Shown here piece after piece: positions 52,693 to 62,541 of a stretch of DNA of 64,000 bases. The notes beneath the pieces are model-generated. The model was not told the origin of the DNA. It saw only the letters and a list, made by a program, of their open reading frames with translations, and did no database searches. This DNA is from Rhodocyclaceae bacterium. GTDB taxonomy: Bacteria; Pseudomonadota; Gammaproteobacteria; Burkholderiales; Rhodocyclaceae. The stretch covers positions 11,175 through 75,174 of the forward strand of contig JAGWTC010000005.1 of NCBI GenBank assembly GCA_028869135.1. Direction: 5' to 3'. The position numbers and the translations under genes are program-made. Within the stretch, counting starts at the first letter, position 1. Every line of letters begins with the position of its first letter.

Positions 52693-53627
52693 GCGTGAAA
52701 AAAGTCGAGGTTGCCGCGGCGGTGATCGAGCGCCCCGACGGAACTTTCCTGCTTGGGCGCCGGCCGCCCAACGGCATTTACGCCGGCTGGTGGGAGTTTC
52801 CGGGAGGCAAGGTCGAGGCCGGCGAAACGCCGCATCAGGCGCTGGTGCGCGAGCTGCAGGAAGAGCTGGGCATCGACGTCGAGTGTGCCTACCCGTGGAT
52901 CATGCGCGAGCATGCTTACGAGCACGCGCATGTGCGTTTGCATTTCTTCCGCGTCACCGACTGGCGCGGCGAGTTGCGCGATCTGCAGCATGACCAACTG
53001 TCATGGCAACTCGCCGACGACGTTTTCGTGGCGCCGGTATTGCCGGCCAACGCCCCCGTCTTTTCGGGGCTGCGCCTGCCGCTGCAATACGGCATTACGC
53101 ACGCCTGGGAAATCGGGGTGGAGGCGCAACTGGAAAAGCTCCGGCACGCCTTGTCGCGAGGCCTGCGCCTGGTGCAATTGCGCGAGACCGCACTGCCGCC
53201 CGCGGAGCGCGAACGCTTCGTGAATCTCGCGGTGGAGATGTGCCACGCGCAAGGCGCGCGCGTGCTGGTGAATGGCGATATCGAGCTGGCGCGCCAGTCG
53301 CGCGCCGATGGCGTGCACTTCTCCGCTGCGCAAATGATGGCGCTGGACGCGCGCCCCGGTTTCGAGCTGGTTGCCGCTTCGTGCCATACCGCGGCAGAGT
53401 TGGACAAGGCGGCGCAACTCGAACTGGATTTCGTCGCCATCGGCGCGGTACAACCGACGCTGAGCCATCCGGGCCGGCCGGCATTGGGTTGGGAACGATT
53501 CGCCGATCTGGCGCGGGATTTTCCTGCGCCAGTGTTTGCGCTCGGCGGCCTGGCGTTGCGGGATATGGAAATGGCGCGGCGCAACGGCGCGCACGGCATC
53601 GCGGCGATCCGCAGCATCTGGGGTTGA
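52689..53627 (+). CDS. Nudix (MutT-like) hydrolase fused to a ThiE/TMP-synthase-like domain
   Basis: GTG start overlapping the upstream stop (GTGA). Nudix box GGKVEAGETPHQALVRELQEELGI. The C-terminal half is a TIM-barrel ThiE-like domain (VQLRE..., ..ALGG). Confidence 0.8.
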   Translation: MSVKKVEVAAAVIERPDGTFLLGRRPPNGIYAGWWEFPGGKVEAGETPHQALVRELQEELGIDVECAYPWIMREHAYEHAHVRLHFFRVTDWRGELRDLQHDQLSWQLADDVFVAPVLPANAPVFSGLRLPLQYGITHAWEIGVEAQLEKLRHALSRGLRLVQLRETALPPAERERFVNLAVEMCHAQGARVLVNGDIELARQSRADGVHFSAAQMMALDARPGFELVAASCHTAAELDKAAQLELDFVAIGAVQPTLSHPGRPALGWERFADLARDFPAPVFALGGLALRDMEMARRNGAHGIAAIRSIWG

Positions 53628-53729
53628 CCCTTCACTCAGGAGGAACCGGGCTAGGGTGCGCGGTTTGTCCGTTCCGCGAACGTATCGCTTTGCCTTGAGG
53701 CGCCGAATTTCTCTGGCGTGGCGCTGGGC

Positions 53730-53924
53730 TTAGTTGCCACCGCGATTGTCGGGCGGCGTTTCCTCGTCTTCCGTCGGCGCGCTCTGGCTGACGCGGTATT
53801 CCTCGTTGGCCCAGGCGCCCAGATCGATCTTCTTGCAACGCTCGGAGCAGAAGGGGCGGAAGCGGTTCTCGGGTTTCCATTCGACCTGCTTGCCGCAGGT
53901 CGGGCAGTTGACGACTTTACTCAT
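53730..53924 (-). CDS. yacG: DNA gyrase inhibitor YacG
   Basis: 64 aa. CPTCGK...FCSERCK zinc finger. Confidence 0.9.
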   Translation of the reverse strand: MSKVVNCPTCGKQVEWKPENRFRPFCSERCKKIDLGAWANEEYRVSQSAPTEDEETPPDNRGGN

Positions 53925-53928
53925 GCGC

Positions 53929-54684
53929 TTACAGATTGCAGAAGGTCAGGCCGAAGCCGATGTCGACTTCCGCCTGCTTCGGTCGCACGGCTGATTCAGG
54001 CTCGGTGAAGCGGATATTGATCGCGTACTTGTTGGCGCTGATTTCGGGGATGTAGTGGTCGCCGTCGTCTACGGTCAGACGCAACATTTGCGCAGTGCGT
54101 CCGCCCAGCATGAGCTGGAAGACGCCGCGCTTGGCCACCTGCAAGTCGGGATGACCGGACGAGCGCAGGAGGCGCAGCACGATGGATATTCCCTGGCTGA
54201 TGGGCAACATGGGCCGCACCCAGTTGCTCAGCGATTCGCGCCGCGATTCTGCATCGCGATGCAGCCAATAGTGATAGCCAGGCAAGTCGAATTCGCACAC
54301 GCCGCCGGGAATGGCGGCGCGGTTCTTGATCGACATCAGCCACTCGTTTTCGCGCAGGTACTGGCCGATCTTGCCTTGCATGGCGAGCAGCCCGGAACTG
54401 GCCTGCTCTATTTCATAGAGGGCACCCGACAAGGCGTCTTCGGAAATCTGCGGATTGTTGCGGAAGGACAGCAGGATTTGGCGCTGACGTTCCAGTTCTT
54501 GGACGAGGTCGAACTTGAGGTCGGCGCGGCCGGCTACTTCCAGTATCTCGAACAGCGTGACTAGCGCTACATGATGTTCCTGCGCGCCTTCGCCGTTGGT
54601 GAAGTGCAGGGTGCGCTCGAACAAGTCCTCCAGCCGCAGCAGGGTGCGGATGCGCTCGTTCAAGGGATATTCGTAAGTGATCAC
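53929..54684 (-). CDS. zapD: Cell division protein ZapD
   Basis: 251 aa, GTG start. [19 protein letters not shown]-terminus. coaE-zapD-yacG synteny. Confidence 0.9.
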   Translation of the reverse strand: MITYEYPLNERIRTLLRLEDLFERTLHFTNGEGAQEHHVALVTLFEILEVAGRADLKFDLVQELERQRQILLSFRNNPQISEDALSGALYEIEQASSGLLAMQGKIGQYLRENEWLMSIKNRAAIPGGVCEFDLPGYHYWLHRDAESRRESLSNWVRPMLPISQGISIVLRLLRSSGHPDLQVAKRGVFQLMLGGRTAQMLRLTVDDGDHYIPEISANKYAINIRFTEPESAVRPKQAEVDIGFGLTFCNL

Positions 54685-54747
54685 GCGCCGGTCGATGGGT
54701 GGGTGAAGGTGATGATTCGGCGATTTTGACGGATTTATCAGTAAATC

Positions 54748-55356
54748 TCAACCAATCCGCGCCAAATCTAGATATCTGGCATGCAGAATGGATATTTGCG
54801 GGGCCAGCGCCTCAGGCAGCCCGCTATTGTCGATCACGTCGTCCGCCACGGCGAGACGCTGAGCGCGCGTGGCCTGCGTGGCCATGATGCGCTCGACGTC
54901 GGCCCGCGTCATGCCGTTTCTCGCCATGACGCGGGCGATTTGCATTTCTTCCGGGCAATCGACCACGGCTAGTCGCTGGCAACGTTGCCGATAGGTTCCG
55001 CTCTCGACCAGCAATGGGACGACGAGCAGGGCATACGGGCTTGCCGCCGCGGCGCAGCGTTCGTCGCAAAGGCGACGTATGCGCGGATGCAGGATCTGTT
55101 CGAGTCGCAATCTGATCGCCGGCTCCGCAAAGGCCAGCTTGCGCATGGCGCCGCGATCCAGCGCGCCCTCGGGCGTGACGGCGGCCCGCCCGAATGCCTG
55201 CTCGATCTCCCCCATGGCGGCACCGCCGGGCGCCGTCAGTTCGTGCGCCACGGCATCGGCATCGACGATGACGATGCCGTGTTCGCGAAAGCATTCGGCG
55301 GCGGCTGACTTGCCGCTGCCGATGCCACCGGTGAGGCCGACCACATAGCGGCTCAT
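54748..55356 (-). CDS. coaE: Dephospho-CoA kinase
   Basis: 202 aa from MSRYVVGLTGGIGSGKS (P-loop). ATG at 55356. Confidence 0.9.
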   Translation of the reverse strand: MSRYVVGLTGGIGSGKSAAAECFREHGIVIVDADAVAHELTAPGGAAMGEIEQAFGRAAVTPEGALDRGAMRKLAFAEPAIRLRLEQILHPRIRRLCDERCAAAASPYALLVVPLLVESGTYRQRCQRLAVVDCPEEMQIARVMARNGMTRADVERIMATQATRAQRLAVADDVIDNSGLPEALAPQISILHARYLDLARIG

Positions 55357-55378
55357 GTCGTCGCCCTTATATCGAATC

Positions 55379-56167
55379 TCAATTCCTCGCGACCTCGGCC
55401 GGCTTGCATTCCCCCAGCGTGGCGCTGGCCAGCGGCTTGATTTCCCGTGCCAGCACGCCCAGCGCCTCTGCCGGCGCGGTGACTTCGAGCCGTACTTTCT
55501 CGGTGCCCTTGTCACGCACCTCGATCTTCGCCGAGCGGACGCCCTGCTTGATGAGCCTCTGAAGATAGTTGTCGGCCATGTCCTTGCTCTTGAACAGCCC
55601 CAGCGATACGGCCCACTTGTTCGGACCCTCGTCGGCGATGATGAAACTGTCGTCGACGCCCATCTGCTTCAGCTCGGCCACCTTCTTTTCTGCGCCGGCC
55701 TTGCTCGATTGTGCGGGAATGTGGACCCAGTAGCTGGTGGAATCCTTGCTCGAGATGAGCGCGACCTTGGTCGCCGGGGCGCTGCTGTTGATTGCAGCCT
55801 GCGCGGCCTTGGCGCTTTCCGGCGTGAAGCCGGCAAAGGACTTGCACAGCAGCGTGGGCGAAACTTCAGCGCTCTTCGGGGCTTCGCTTTTCGCTGCCTC
55901 CGCCTTCGCCGATTCGGGTTTAGCGGGTTCGGCAGGCTGCACTGCAGGCTCGGGCGTCTTACTCTCGGCCGAGGCGGGCTCAGGCTTCTTGGCCTCGGGT
56001 GCTGGCTCCGGTTTTTCCGGAAGAATCAGGCGCAGCTTGTCCGGTTCGATTTCCTGCTGCAGTCGCAAAGGCTCATGACCTTCGGCGGGCCCGGCATTTT
56101 TTTGCCAGGCGAAAAATGCGACGTTGGCGAGCAAGAGTGCAAAGAAAATCAGGCGTAGGGTCGGCAT
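55379..56167 (-). CDS. SPOR-domain membrane-anchored protein
   Basis: 262 aa from MPTLRLIFFALLLANVAFFAW (ATG at 56167). Pro/Glu/Ala/Lys-rich linker and a C-terminal SPOR-like fold. Confidence 0.7.
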   Translation of the reverse strand: MPTLRLIFFALLLANVAFFAWQKNAGPAEGHEPLRLQQEIEPDKLRLILPEKPEPAPEAKKPEPASAESKTPEPAVQPAEPAKPESAKAEAAKSEAPKSAEVSPTLLCKSFAGFTPESAKAAQAAINSSAPATKVALISSKDSTSYWVHIPAQSSKAGAEKKVAELKQMGVDDSFIIADEGPNKWAVSLGLFKSKDMADNYLQRLIKQGVRSAKIEVRDKGTEKVRLEVTAPAEALGVLAREIKPLASATLGECKPAEVARN

Positions 56168-56186
56168 GGCAAATGTGAGGTCGTTC

Positions 56187-56906
56187 TCAGCTCCGATTAT
56201 CCGACAAGGCAATGCACGCCAGCCCCCTGAGCACCAGGTCGTCGACGGTTTGTACGGGAATTTGCAACAGCGGGACGATTTCCGCAGCGGCCCCGCCCGA
56301 GAGCAGGCAGACTGCCGTTGCATCGTCCAGGCGCGCGTACATGCGTTCGATGGCGCCGGCGGTGGCTTCCAATGTGCCGCTGACGATGGCGCTGTCGGTG
56401 TCCGTCGGCGTCGTGTGATGCGCGGCGTTGGCGAGCGGAAGATCGGCGGTATTGTGGGCCAGCGCCGCGCGCATGAGGTTGAGGCCGGGCAGGATCACGC
56501 CGCCGCGAAAGCGGCCGTCGCCTTCCAAAAGGTCGACGGTCGTGGCAGTGCCCGCATTGACCACGAGACACGGGCCCTCCTGCAGGGTACGTGCGGCGAT
56601 CAGGCTGGCCCAGCGATCTGCACCGAGCTGGGCTGCTTTCTTGTAGCCGTTCCTGACGCCGCATTGTTCGCGTTGCGGCACGATCCACTCGGGCTCGACT
56701 TGCAGCTGGGCCGCAATGCGTTCCGCGTTCTCTGCGCCGGCGACATTGCAGCCGACGACGCGATCGAAATCGGGTTGATCGATCAGGGCTGCACGCAGAT
56801 TGTCGACTTGCGCCAGCGGCATGGCTCCGCGTGCGTGCCATTCCCCCGACGGTGCGAGCAGTCCCCACTTGATACGGGTATTGCCGCAGTCCAGGCACAG
56901 GATCAT
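56187..56906 (-). CDS. coaX: Type III pantothenate kinase
   Basis: 239 aa from MILCLDCGNTRIKWG (ATG at 56904-56906 verified). Confidence 0.88.
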   Translation of the reverse strand: MILCLDCGNTRIKWGLLAPSGEWHARGAMPLAQVDNLRAALIDQPDFDRVVGCNVAGAENAERIAAQLQVEPEWIVPQREQCGVRNGYKKAAQLGADRWASLIAARTLQEGPCLVVNAGTATTVDLLEGDGRFRGGVILPGLNLMRAALAHNTADLPLANAAHHTTPTDTDSAIVSGTLEATAGAIERMYARLDDATAVCLLSGGAAAEIVPLLQIPVQTVDDLVLRGLACIALSDNRS

Positions 56907-56931
56907 TGACGTTTCCTCTTGTCCGGATTGT

Positions 56932-57711
56932 TCATTGCAGCCGCAGCGAAACTTCACCGCTGGCGATGGTCTGTATGCAAGTAGCCGTTTCCAGCAGCAG
57001 TTCGCCGTTGGCGTCGACGCCGCGGCAGACGCCCTGCACGGGTTCGCCGCCTTCGCTGAAGAACAGGTTCACTGCGAGGTCCTGGTATGCATGGCGCATT
57101 TGCCAGCGCGACTGCAGCGGGCTGAATCCGTGCGCGCTGAACTCGTCGAGCACCGTGACCAGACCATCTAGGATGCGCGCCAGCATGTGGGTGCGGTCAT
57201 CGACTGGAATGCCGCAGGCCGTCGCGGCGATTTCAGCGGGCAGATCGCCGAGGTCGCCGAGATTGATACCGATGCCGATAACGAAGCACTGGGGCCCGGC
57301 GCTCTCGATCAGAATGCCCGCGATTTTGCGTCCGTCGAGCAAGACGTCGTTCGGCCATTTGAGCTGCGCGGAGACAGGCAGCGCTTCGGCGACGGCAAGG
57401 CCGACGGCGAGGCTGAGGCCGCTGGGCGGACGGTCGGCAGGCAGCCGCCACAGCAGTGAAAAGGCCAGCGATTGCGGGCCCTGATACCAGCTACGTCCGC
57501 GCCGTCCGCGGCCGGCCGTCTGGCGTTGAGCCAGCAACAGGGTGCCGGCTGGCGCGCCGCCTTTTGACAAGATCTGCAATTGCAGATTGGTGGAGTCGCA
57601 TTCCTCGAGCACCTGCAGGTCGATGCGACCCGCCGCCGCGCCGAGCAGTGGCAACAGGATTTCGGGCTGTATGGGCGGGCAGGCGGGATCGGGGGCGTGG
57701 GTCGGGCTCAT
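56932..57711 (-). CDS. birA: Biotin-[acetyl-CoA-carboxylase] ligase (no HTH domain)
   Basis: 259 aa. QTAGRGRRGRSW motif. Confidence 0.88.
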   Translation of the reverse strand: MSPTHAPDPACPPIQPEILLPLLGAAAGRIDLQVLEECDSTNLQLQILSKGGAPAGTLLLAQRQTAGRGRRGRSWYQGPQSLAFSLLWRLPADRPPSGLSLAVGLAVAEALPVSAQLKWPNDVLLDGRKIAGILIESAGPQCFVIGIGINLGDLGDLPAEIAATACGIPVDDRTHMLARILDGLVTVLDEFSAHGFSPLQSRWQMRHAYQDLAVNLFFSEGGEPVQGVCRGVDANGELLLETATCIQTIASGEVSLRLQ

Positions 57712-57731
57712 GGCCCCCGATTATGCAACAG

Positions 57732-59147
57732 CTATTGCCCGACGTCGTCTCCGCCGCGTACGTCCTTGAGGCCGAGCTCCTGGATCTTGCGCGTAATGGT
57801 GTTGCGTCCGATGCCGAGAATCTGCGCCGCCTCGATGCGCCGGCCGCCGCTGGCGTTGAGTGCGCGGCGTATCAGCGTCGATTCGAATTCTCGCGTCAGA
57901 TGGTCGAAGACCTGGCCAGGCTGCGTCGAGATCATGCGATCGGCTTCGTGGGCGAGCACCTCCATCCAGTCGGATGAGACCTCGCGGATCGGATGCTCGC
58001 GCAGCTCGGACGGCAGGTCGGCGACTTCCACGACCTGTCCGGCGGCCATGACAGTCAGCCAGTGACAGACGTTTTCGAGCTGCCGCACATTGCCGGGGAA
58101 GTCCAGCGCCGCCAGATATTTCAATGCCGCCTCGGACAGGCGCTTCGGCTCGACACCCAACTCCTGGGCGCTCTTCTGCAGAAAGTGGCGCGCCAGCAGC
58201 GGGATGTCTTCGCGACGTTCGCGCAGCGGCGGCAGGCGCAGGCGAATGACATTTAGGCGATGGAAAAGATCCTCGCGGAACAGGCCGTCCTTGACGCGTT
58301 GCTCCAGGTTCTGGTGGGTCGCTGCGATGACGCGCACATTGGCTTTTACAGGCTGCTGGCCGCCGACGCGATAGAAGTTGCCGTCGGAAAGCACGCGCAA
58401 CAAACGCGTCTGCAGTTCGGCCGGCATGTCGCCGATTTCGTCGAGGAACAGCGTGCCGCCCTCAGCCTGCTCGAAGCGGCCGCGACGTTGCGCGGTGGCG
58501 CCGGTGAAGGCCCCGCGCTCGTGACCGAAGAGCTCGGATTCAAGCAGGTCGCGCGGGATCGCGGCGGTGTTGATGGCGATGAAGGGGGCGTCCTTGCGCG
58601 GACTGTGGCGGTGCAGGGCGCGTGCAACGAGCTCCTTGCCACAGCCGGATTCCCCATTGACCATGACGGTGGCATGCGATTGCGACAGGCGGCCGATGGC
58701 GCGGAAGACTTCCTGCATGGCCGGCGCCTTGCCGAGTATCTCGGGCGTGATGCTGCTGGTCTCCGGGACTGCCTCCTCCTGCGCCGATTGTTCGAGGGCG
58801 CGGCGCACGAGGTCGACCGCCTGATCGACGTCGAAAGGCTTGGGCAGGTATTCGAATGCGCCGCCCTGGAATGCCGCCACGGCCGACTCGAGATCGGAGT
58901 AGGCGGTCATGATGATGGTCGGAATGTCCGGATAGTGCGCCTTGATGTGCCGCAGCAGGTCGAGCCCGCTTTGCCCGGGCATGCGAATGTCCGAGACGAC
59001 GACCTGCGGCGCTTCGCCGGAATCGAGCGCGGCCATGGCTTCATTGGCCGCGCCGAAGCTGCGGTAGCTGACGCCTTCGCGAGCCAGGGCCTTTTCGAAG
59101 ACCCAGCGTATCGAGCGATCATCATCGATGATCCAGACGGGCTTCAT
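57732..59147 (-). CDS. ntrC: Nitrogen regulation response regulator NtrC (sigma-54 activator)
   Basis: 471 aa. Receiver domain, AAA+ domain with GAFTGA (ERGAFTGA) and a C-terminal Fis-type HTH. Confidence 0.93.
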   Translation of the reverse strand: MKPVWIIDDDRSIRWVFEKALAREGVSYRSFGAANEAMAALDSGEAPQVVVSDIRMPGQSGLDLLRHIKAHYPDIPTIIMTAYSDLESAVAAFQGGAFEYLPKPFDVDQAVDLVRRALEQSAQEEAVPETSSITPEILGKAPAMQEVFRAIGRLSQSHATVMVNGESGCGKELVARALHRHSPRKDAPFIAINTAAIPRDLLESELFGHERGAFTGATAQRRGRFEQAEGGTLFLDEIGDMPAELQTRLLRVLSDGNFYRVGGQQPVKANVRVIAATHQNLEQRVKDGLFREDLFHRLNVIRLRLPPLRERREDIPLLARHFLQKSAQELGVEPKRLSEAALKYLAALDFPGNVRQLENVCHWLTVMAAGQVVEVADLPSELREHPIREVSSDWMEVLAHEADRMISTQPGQVFDHLTREFESTLIRRALNASGGRRIEAAQILGIGRNTITRKIQELGLKDVRGGDDVGQ

Positions 59148-60280
59148 TGTTCTTCTCCTGTTTGGCTGTCGTGCTGCAGCGGCAGCAAAATGTTGAAACT
59201 GGTGTGGCCGGGGCGGCTGTCGACCTCGATCGCGCCCTGATGCTGGTGGATGAAGCTTTGCACCAGCGTCAAACCCAGTCCGCTCCCGCCTTCGCGGCCG
59301 GAAACGAGCGGATAAAAGATCTTGTCGCGTATGGCTTCCGGAATGCCGGGGCCGTTGTCGACGATGCGTAGTTCCAGCGCCAGGCGATGGCGCTTTTTGG
59401 CTATCGTCACCTGCCGCGCGGCGCGCGTACGCAAAATGATCTCGCCGTCGCCGTGCATGGCTTGCGCCGCATTGCGCGCGATGTTGAGAATGGCCTGGAT
59501 CATTTGTTCGCGATCGGCGGTGATCAGCGGCAGCGAGGTGTCGTAATCGCGCTTGACGCGCACGCCGCTGAATTCGGCATGGATGAGACGGCGCACGCGT
59601 TCGAGGATCTCGTGCATATTGACCTGCGCCGGCTGCATCACGCGATGCGAGGACAGCAGGCGCTGCATCAGGTCCTGCAAACGGTCGGCCTCGTTGATGA
59701 TGACCTGGGTGTATTCGGCCAGCTGATTTGCGTTTGGCAAATCCTCCAGCTCGTGCTCGAGCAGTTGCGCTGAGCCGCGAATGCCGCCGAGCGGGTTCTT
59801 GATCTCATGGGCGAGATTGCGGATCAGCTCTCGATTGGCCTGCTGCTGCTCGGCCAGGCGCTCTTCCCGCGCCGCCTTGAGCTGCTGGTCGATGGGACGG
59901 AACTCGATGAGCAGACGCGCACCGCCGACTTCGATCGGCGTGACGGTGCAATCGAGATGCAGCACATCATCCTCGCCGCGGCGGATAGCGATGTTCTGAC
60001 CGGTATAGCCCCAGTTGTTCTTGAGCGCATTGTCGAGCGCCGCCGCCAGCCCGGCCGGTTCGCCGACGAGTTGGCGCAAGGGATGCCCGCTCAGCAAGCG
60101 GTGGCTGACCGCGAACAGATTCTCGGCTGCCGGGTTGGCGTAGCGTATCTGCAGCTTCGCGTCGACCAGGACCACGGCCGACGAGAGCAGGTCGAGTCCG
60201 GCAAAGGCAGGTGGCGCTACATGAGCTTGTTGAGTCATGTCGATGTGGTGAGCAAGAAGCAAGCCATCATCGTCAGTCAT
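59144..60280 (-). CDS. ntrB: Nitrogen regulation sensor kinase NtrB
   Basis: PAS domain, H-box LAHEIKNPLGGIRG and HATPase domain. ATGA overlap with ntrC. Start uncertain (ATG at 60280 or 60238, or the track's TTG at 60286). Confidence 0.9.
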   Translation of the reverse strand: MTDDDGLLLAHHIDMTQQAHVAPPAFAGLDLLSSAVVLVDAKLQIRYANPAAENLFAVSHRLLSGHPLRQLVGEPAGLAAALDNALKNNWGYTGQNIAIRRGEDDVLHLDCTVTPIEVGGARLLIEFRPIDQQLKAAREERLAEQQQANRELIRNLAHEIKNPLGGIRGSAQLLEHELEDLPNANQLAEYTQVIINEADRLQDLMQRLLSSHRVMQPAQVNMHEILERVRRLIHAEFSGVRVKRDYDTSLPLITADREQMIQAILNIARNAAQAMHGDGEIILRTRAARQVTIAKKRHRLALELRIVDNGPGIPEAIRDKIFYPLVSGREGGSGLGLTLVQSFIHQHQGAIEVDSRPGHTSFNILLPLQHDSQTGEEQ

Positions 60281-60298
60281 GTGCAAGCCGGCCCGGAA

Positions 60299-60697
60299 TT
60301 ATTTGAGATTGGCGATTTCTTTCTGCAAGGCCATGATATTGCGCTCATGCAGCTGGGCCTTGTTGCTGTTGTTCGCCTTCCTGGCCTCCTCCAGATTGCG
60401 TTGCTCGCTGGCGAGCTCCTGCTCCAGAATGGTGCGTCGACCGCCATCCCTTTCCTTCTGCGTATCGCTGCTGACGCGCGGGAAGTCGCCGGGCGTCGGC
60501 GTGGCGGAGGCCTTAGGCCGGATGGGCGCCGCGCCGGGAGTCGATTGGGTGCTGGAGACAATGATGCACTGCCGTCCAGAAACGCGCTGATTGGTAAACA
60601 GCGTGGTATCCGAGGCCTTGTCGGTGCACTTGTACAGCGTGTCGGCCATGGCCGGACAGAGGAACAAACCGGAAAGCAGGATTAAGGCTTTTTTCAT
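60299..60697 (-). CDS. DUF4124-like small secreted protein
   Basis: 132 aa from MKKALILLSGLFLCPAMADTLYKCTD (ATG at 60697). Conserved position between glnA and ntrB. Confidence 0.7.
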   Translation of the reverse strand: MKKALILLSGLFLCPAMADTLYKCTDKASDTTLFTNQRVSGRQCIIVSSTQSTPGAAPIRPKASATPTPGDFPRVSSDTQKERDGGRRTILEQELASEQRNLEEARKANNSNKAQLHERNIMALQKEIANLK

Positions 60698-60831
60698 CGC
60701 GGCTATGAGCGTGAGAATGCGACAGTGTAGTGCAATCCGGCCTGAACAAGGCGGGTGAAGCCGGCTGAGACTGGTCGAGTGTGCAAGGCGGGGTTGCCGC
60801 CCGGAAACGCCTGAGATACGGAAGCTGCGAT

Positions 60832-60866
60832 ACAAAAGAAAACGGGGCCCGAAGGCCCCGTTTTTA
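60832..60866 (-). terminator. glnA terminator (bidirectional shape)
   Basis: AACGGGGCC-cgaa-GGCCCCGTT flanked by A-rich and T-rich runs. Confidence 0.75.
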
Positions 60867-60882
60867 TACGCAGCGCGACAGC

Positions 60883-62298
60883 TTAGAGGCTGTAGTACAT
60901 CTCGAACTCGAGCGGATGCGTGGTCATGCGGATGCGGGTCACTTCTTCCATCTTCAGGGCGATGTAGGCATCGATGAAGTCATTGGAGAAGACGCCGCCG
61001 CGGGTCAGGAACTCGCGATCCTTGTCCAGGGCTTCCAGCGCTTCTTCGAGCGATGCGCACACGGTCGGGATCAGCTTGTCTTCTTCCGGCGGCAGGTCGT
61101 ACAGGTTCTTGTCGGCCGGATCGCCCGGGTGGATCTTGTTCTGCACGCCGTCCAGACCGGCCATCATCAGGGCGGTGAAAGCCAGGTACGGGTTGGCCAG
61201 GGGATCCGGGAAACGGGCTTCGACGCGGCGTGCCTTGTCGGATTGCACGAACGGGATGCGGATCGAGGCCGAGCGGTTGCGGGCCGAGTAAGCCAGTTTG
61301 ACCGGCGCTTCGTAGTGCGGGACCAGGCGCTTGTACGAGTTGGTGCCCGGGTTGGTGATGGCGTTCAGCGCCTTGGCGTGCTTGATGATGCCGCCGATGT
61401 AGTACAGCGCGAACTCGGACAGGCCGGCGTAGCCGTTGCCGGCGAACAGGTTCTTGCCATCCTTCCAGATCGACTGGTGCACGTGCATGCCGGAACCGTT
61501 GTCGCCAACGATGGGCTTGGGCATGAAGGTGGCGGTCTTGCCGTACTGGTGGCAGACGTTGTGAACAACGTACTTCAGCAGTTGGGTCTGGTCAGCGCGA
61601 CGCACCAGGGTGTTGAACTTGGTGCCCAGTTCGTTCTGGCCGGCGGTGGCGACTTCGTGGTGGTGCACTTCGACTTCGAGGCCGCAGGCTTCGAGCAGGG
61701 TGCACATTTCGGCGCGGATGTCGTTCGACGAATCGACCGGCGGGACGGGAAAGTAGCCGCCCTTGACGGACGGACGGTGGCCGGTGTTGCCGCCTTCGAA
61801 CTTCTCGCCGGAAGCCCACGCAGCTTCTTCGGCGTTGATCTTGACGAAGGTACCCGACATGTCGGTCTTCCACTCGACGGAGTCGAAGATGAAGAATTCG
61901 GGTTCCGGACCGAAGAAGGCGGTATCGCCGAGGCCGGAGGACTTCAGGTAGGCCTCGCCGCGCTTGGCGATCGAACGCGGGTCGCGGTCGTAGCCCTTGC
62001 CGTCGGACGGCTCAACCACGTCACAGGTCAGGACCAGGGTGGTTTGCTCGAAGAAGGGGTCGATGTAGGCGCTGGCTGCATCGGGGATCAGCAGCATGTC
62101 GGAAGCTTGAATACCCTTCCAGCCGGCGATCGAGGAGCCGTCGAAAGCGTGGCCGTCTTCGAACTTGCTGATGTCAAAGGCCTTGACCGGCACGCCAACG
62201 TGCTGTTCCTTGCCGCGGGTATCGGTGAAGCGGAAATCTACGAACTTGACTTCCTGGTCCTTCACCAGCTTGATTACGTCTTGGGGCGTCATCGACAT
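60883..62298 (-). CDS. glnA: Glutamine synthetase type I
   Basis: 471 aa. DGSSI, GSGMHVH and the adenylylation-site region [17 protein letters not shown]. Confidence 0.97.
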   Translation of the reverse strand: MSMTPQDVIKLVKDQEVKFVDFRFTDTRGKEQHVGVPVKAFDISKFEDGHAFDGSSIAGWKGIQASDMLLIPDAASAYIDPFFEQTTLVLTCDVVEPSDGKGYDRDPRSIAKRGEAYLKSSGLGDTAFFGPEPEFFIFDSVEWKTDMSGTFVKINAEEAAWASGEKFEGGNTGHRPSVKGGYFPVPPVDSSNDIRAEMCTLLEACGLEVEVHHHEVATAGQNELGTKFNTLVRRADQTQLLKYVVHNVCHQYGKTATFMPKPIVGDNGSGMHVHQSIWKDGKNLFAGNGYAGLSEFALYYIGGIIKHAKALNAITNPGTNSYKRLVPHYEAPVKLAYSARNRSASIRIPFVQSDKARRVEARFPDPLANPYLAFTALMMAGLDGVQNKIHPGDPADKNLYDLPPEEDKLIPTVCASLEEALEALDKDREFLTRGGVFSNDFIDAYIALKMEEVTRIRMTTHPLEFEMYYSL

Positions 62299-62370
62299 TG
62301 AGGTGATCTCCTGAACTGGTGTCTCTAGATAAGTTATTTCTTGCGAAATGGGACTAACGGATTCGGTATA

Positions 62371-62386
62371 GCAGTTTGCGTGCCAT
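62371..62386 (-). promoter_or_regulatory. Sigma-54 promoter of glnA
   Basis: Minus strand reads TGGCACG-CAAA-CTGC with correct GG-N10-GC spacing. About 73 nt upstream of the ATG. Confidence 0.65.
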
Positions 62387-62460
62387 TACGGAGGATGGGC
62401 TTTATTGCTAGCAAACTATTGTGCCATAAAGGAGCTGCGCGGCCAGGTAAAAAGCGGCAA

Positions 62461-62507
62461 TGCACTGATGTGGTGCGGTATTTCATTGAATGCACTATGT
62501 TGGTGCA
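62461..62507 (-). promoter_or_regulatory. Two NtrC binding sites
   Basis: TGCACTGATGTGGTGCG (62461-62477) and TGCACTATGTTGGTGCA (62491-62507), compared with the consensus TGCACCA-N3-TGGTGCA. Centres are 30 bp apart. Confidence 0.65.
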
Positions 62508-62541
62508 ATTTTGGAACCATTTGCTAGCTGCTGGTGCATGC

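Noticed and set aside
62410-62426. Second sigma-54 promoter upstream of glnA (TGGCACAATAGTTTGCT)
   Set aside because: The GG-to-GC spacing is 11 nt instead of 10, so it is kept only as a note within the glnA regulatory finding.
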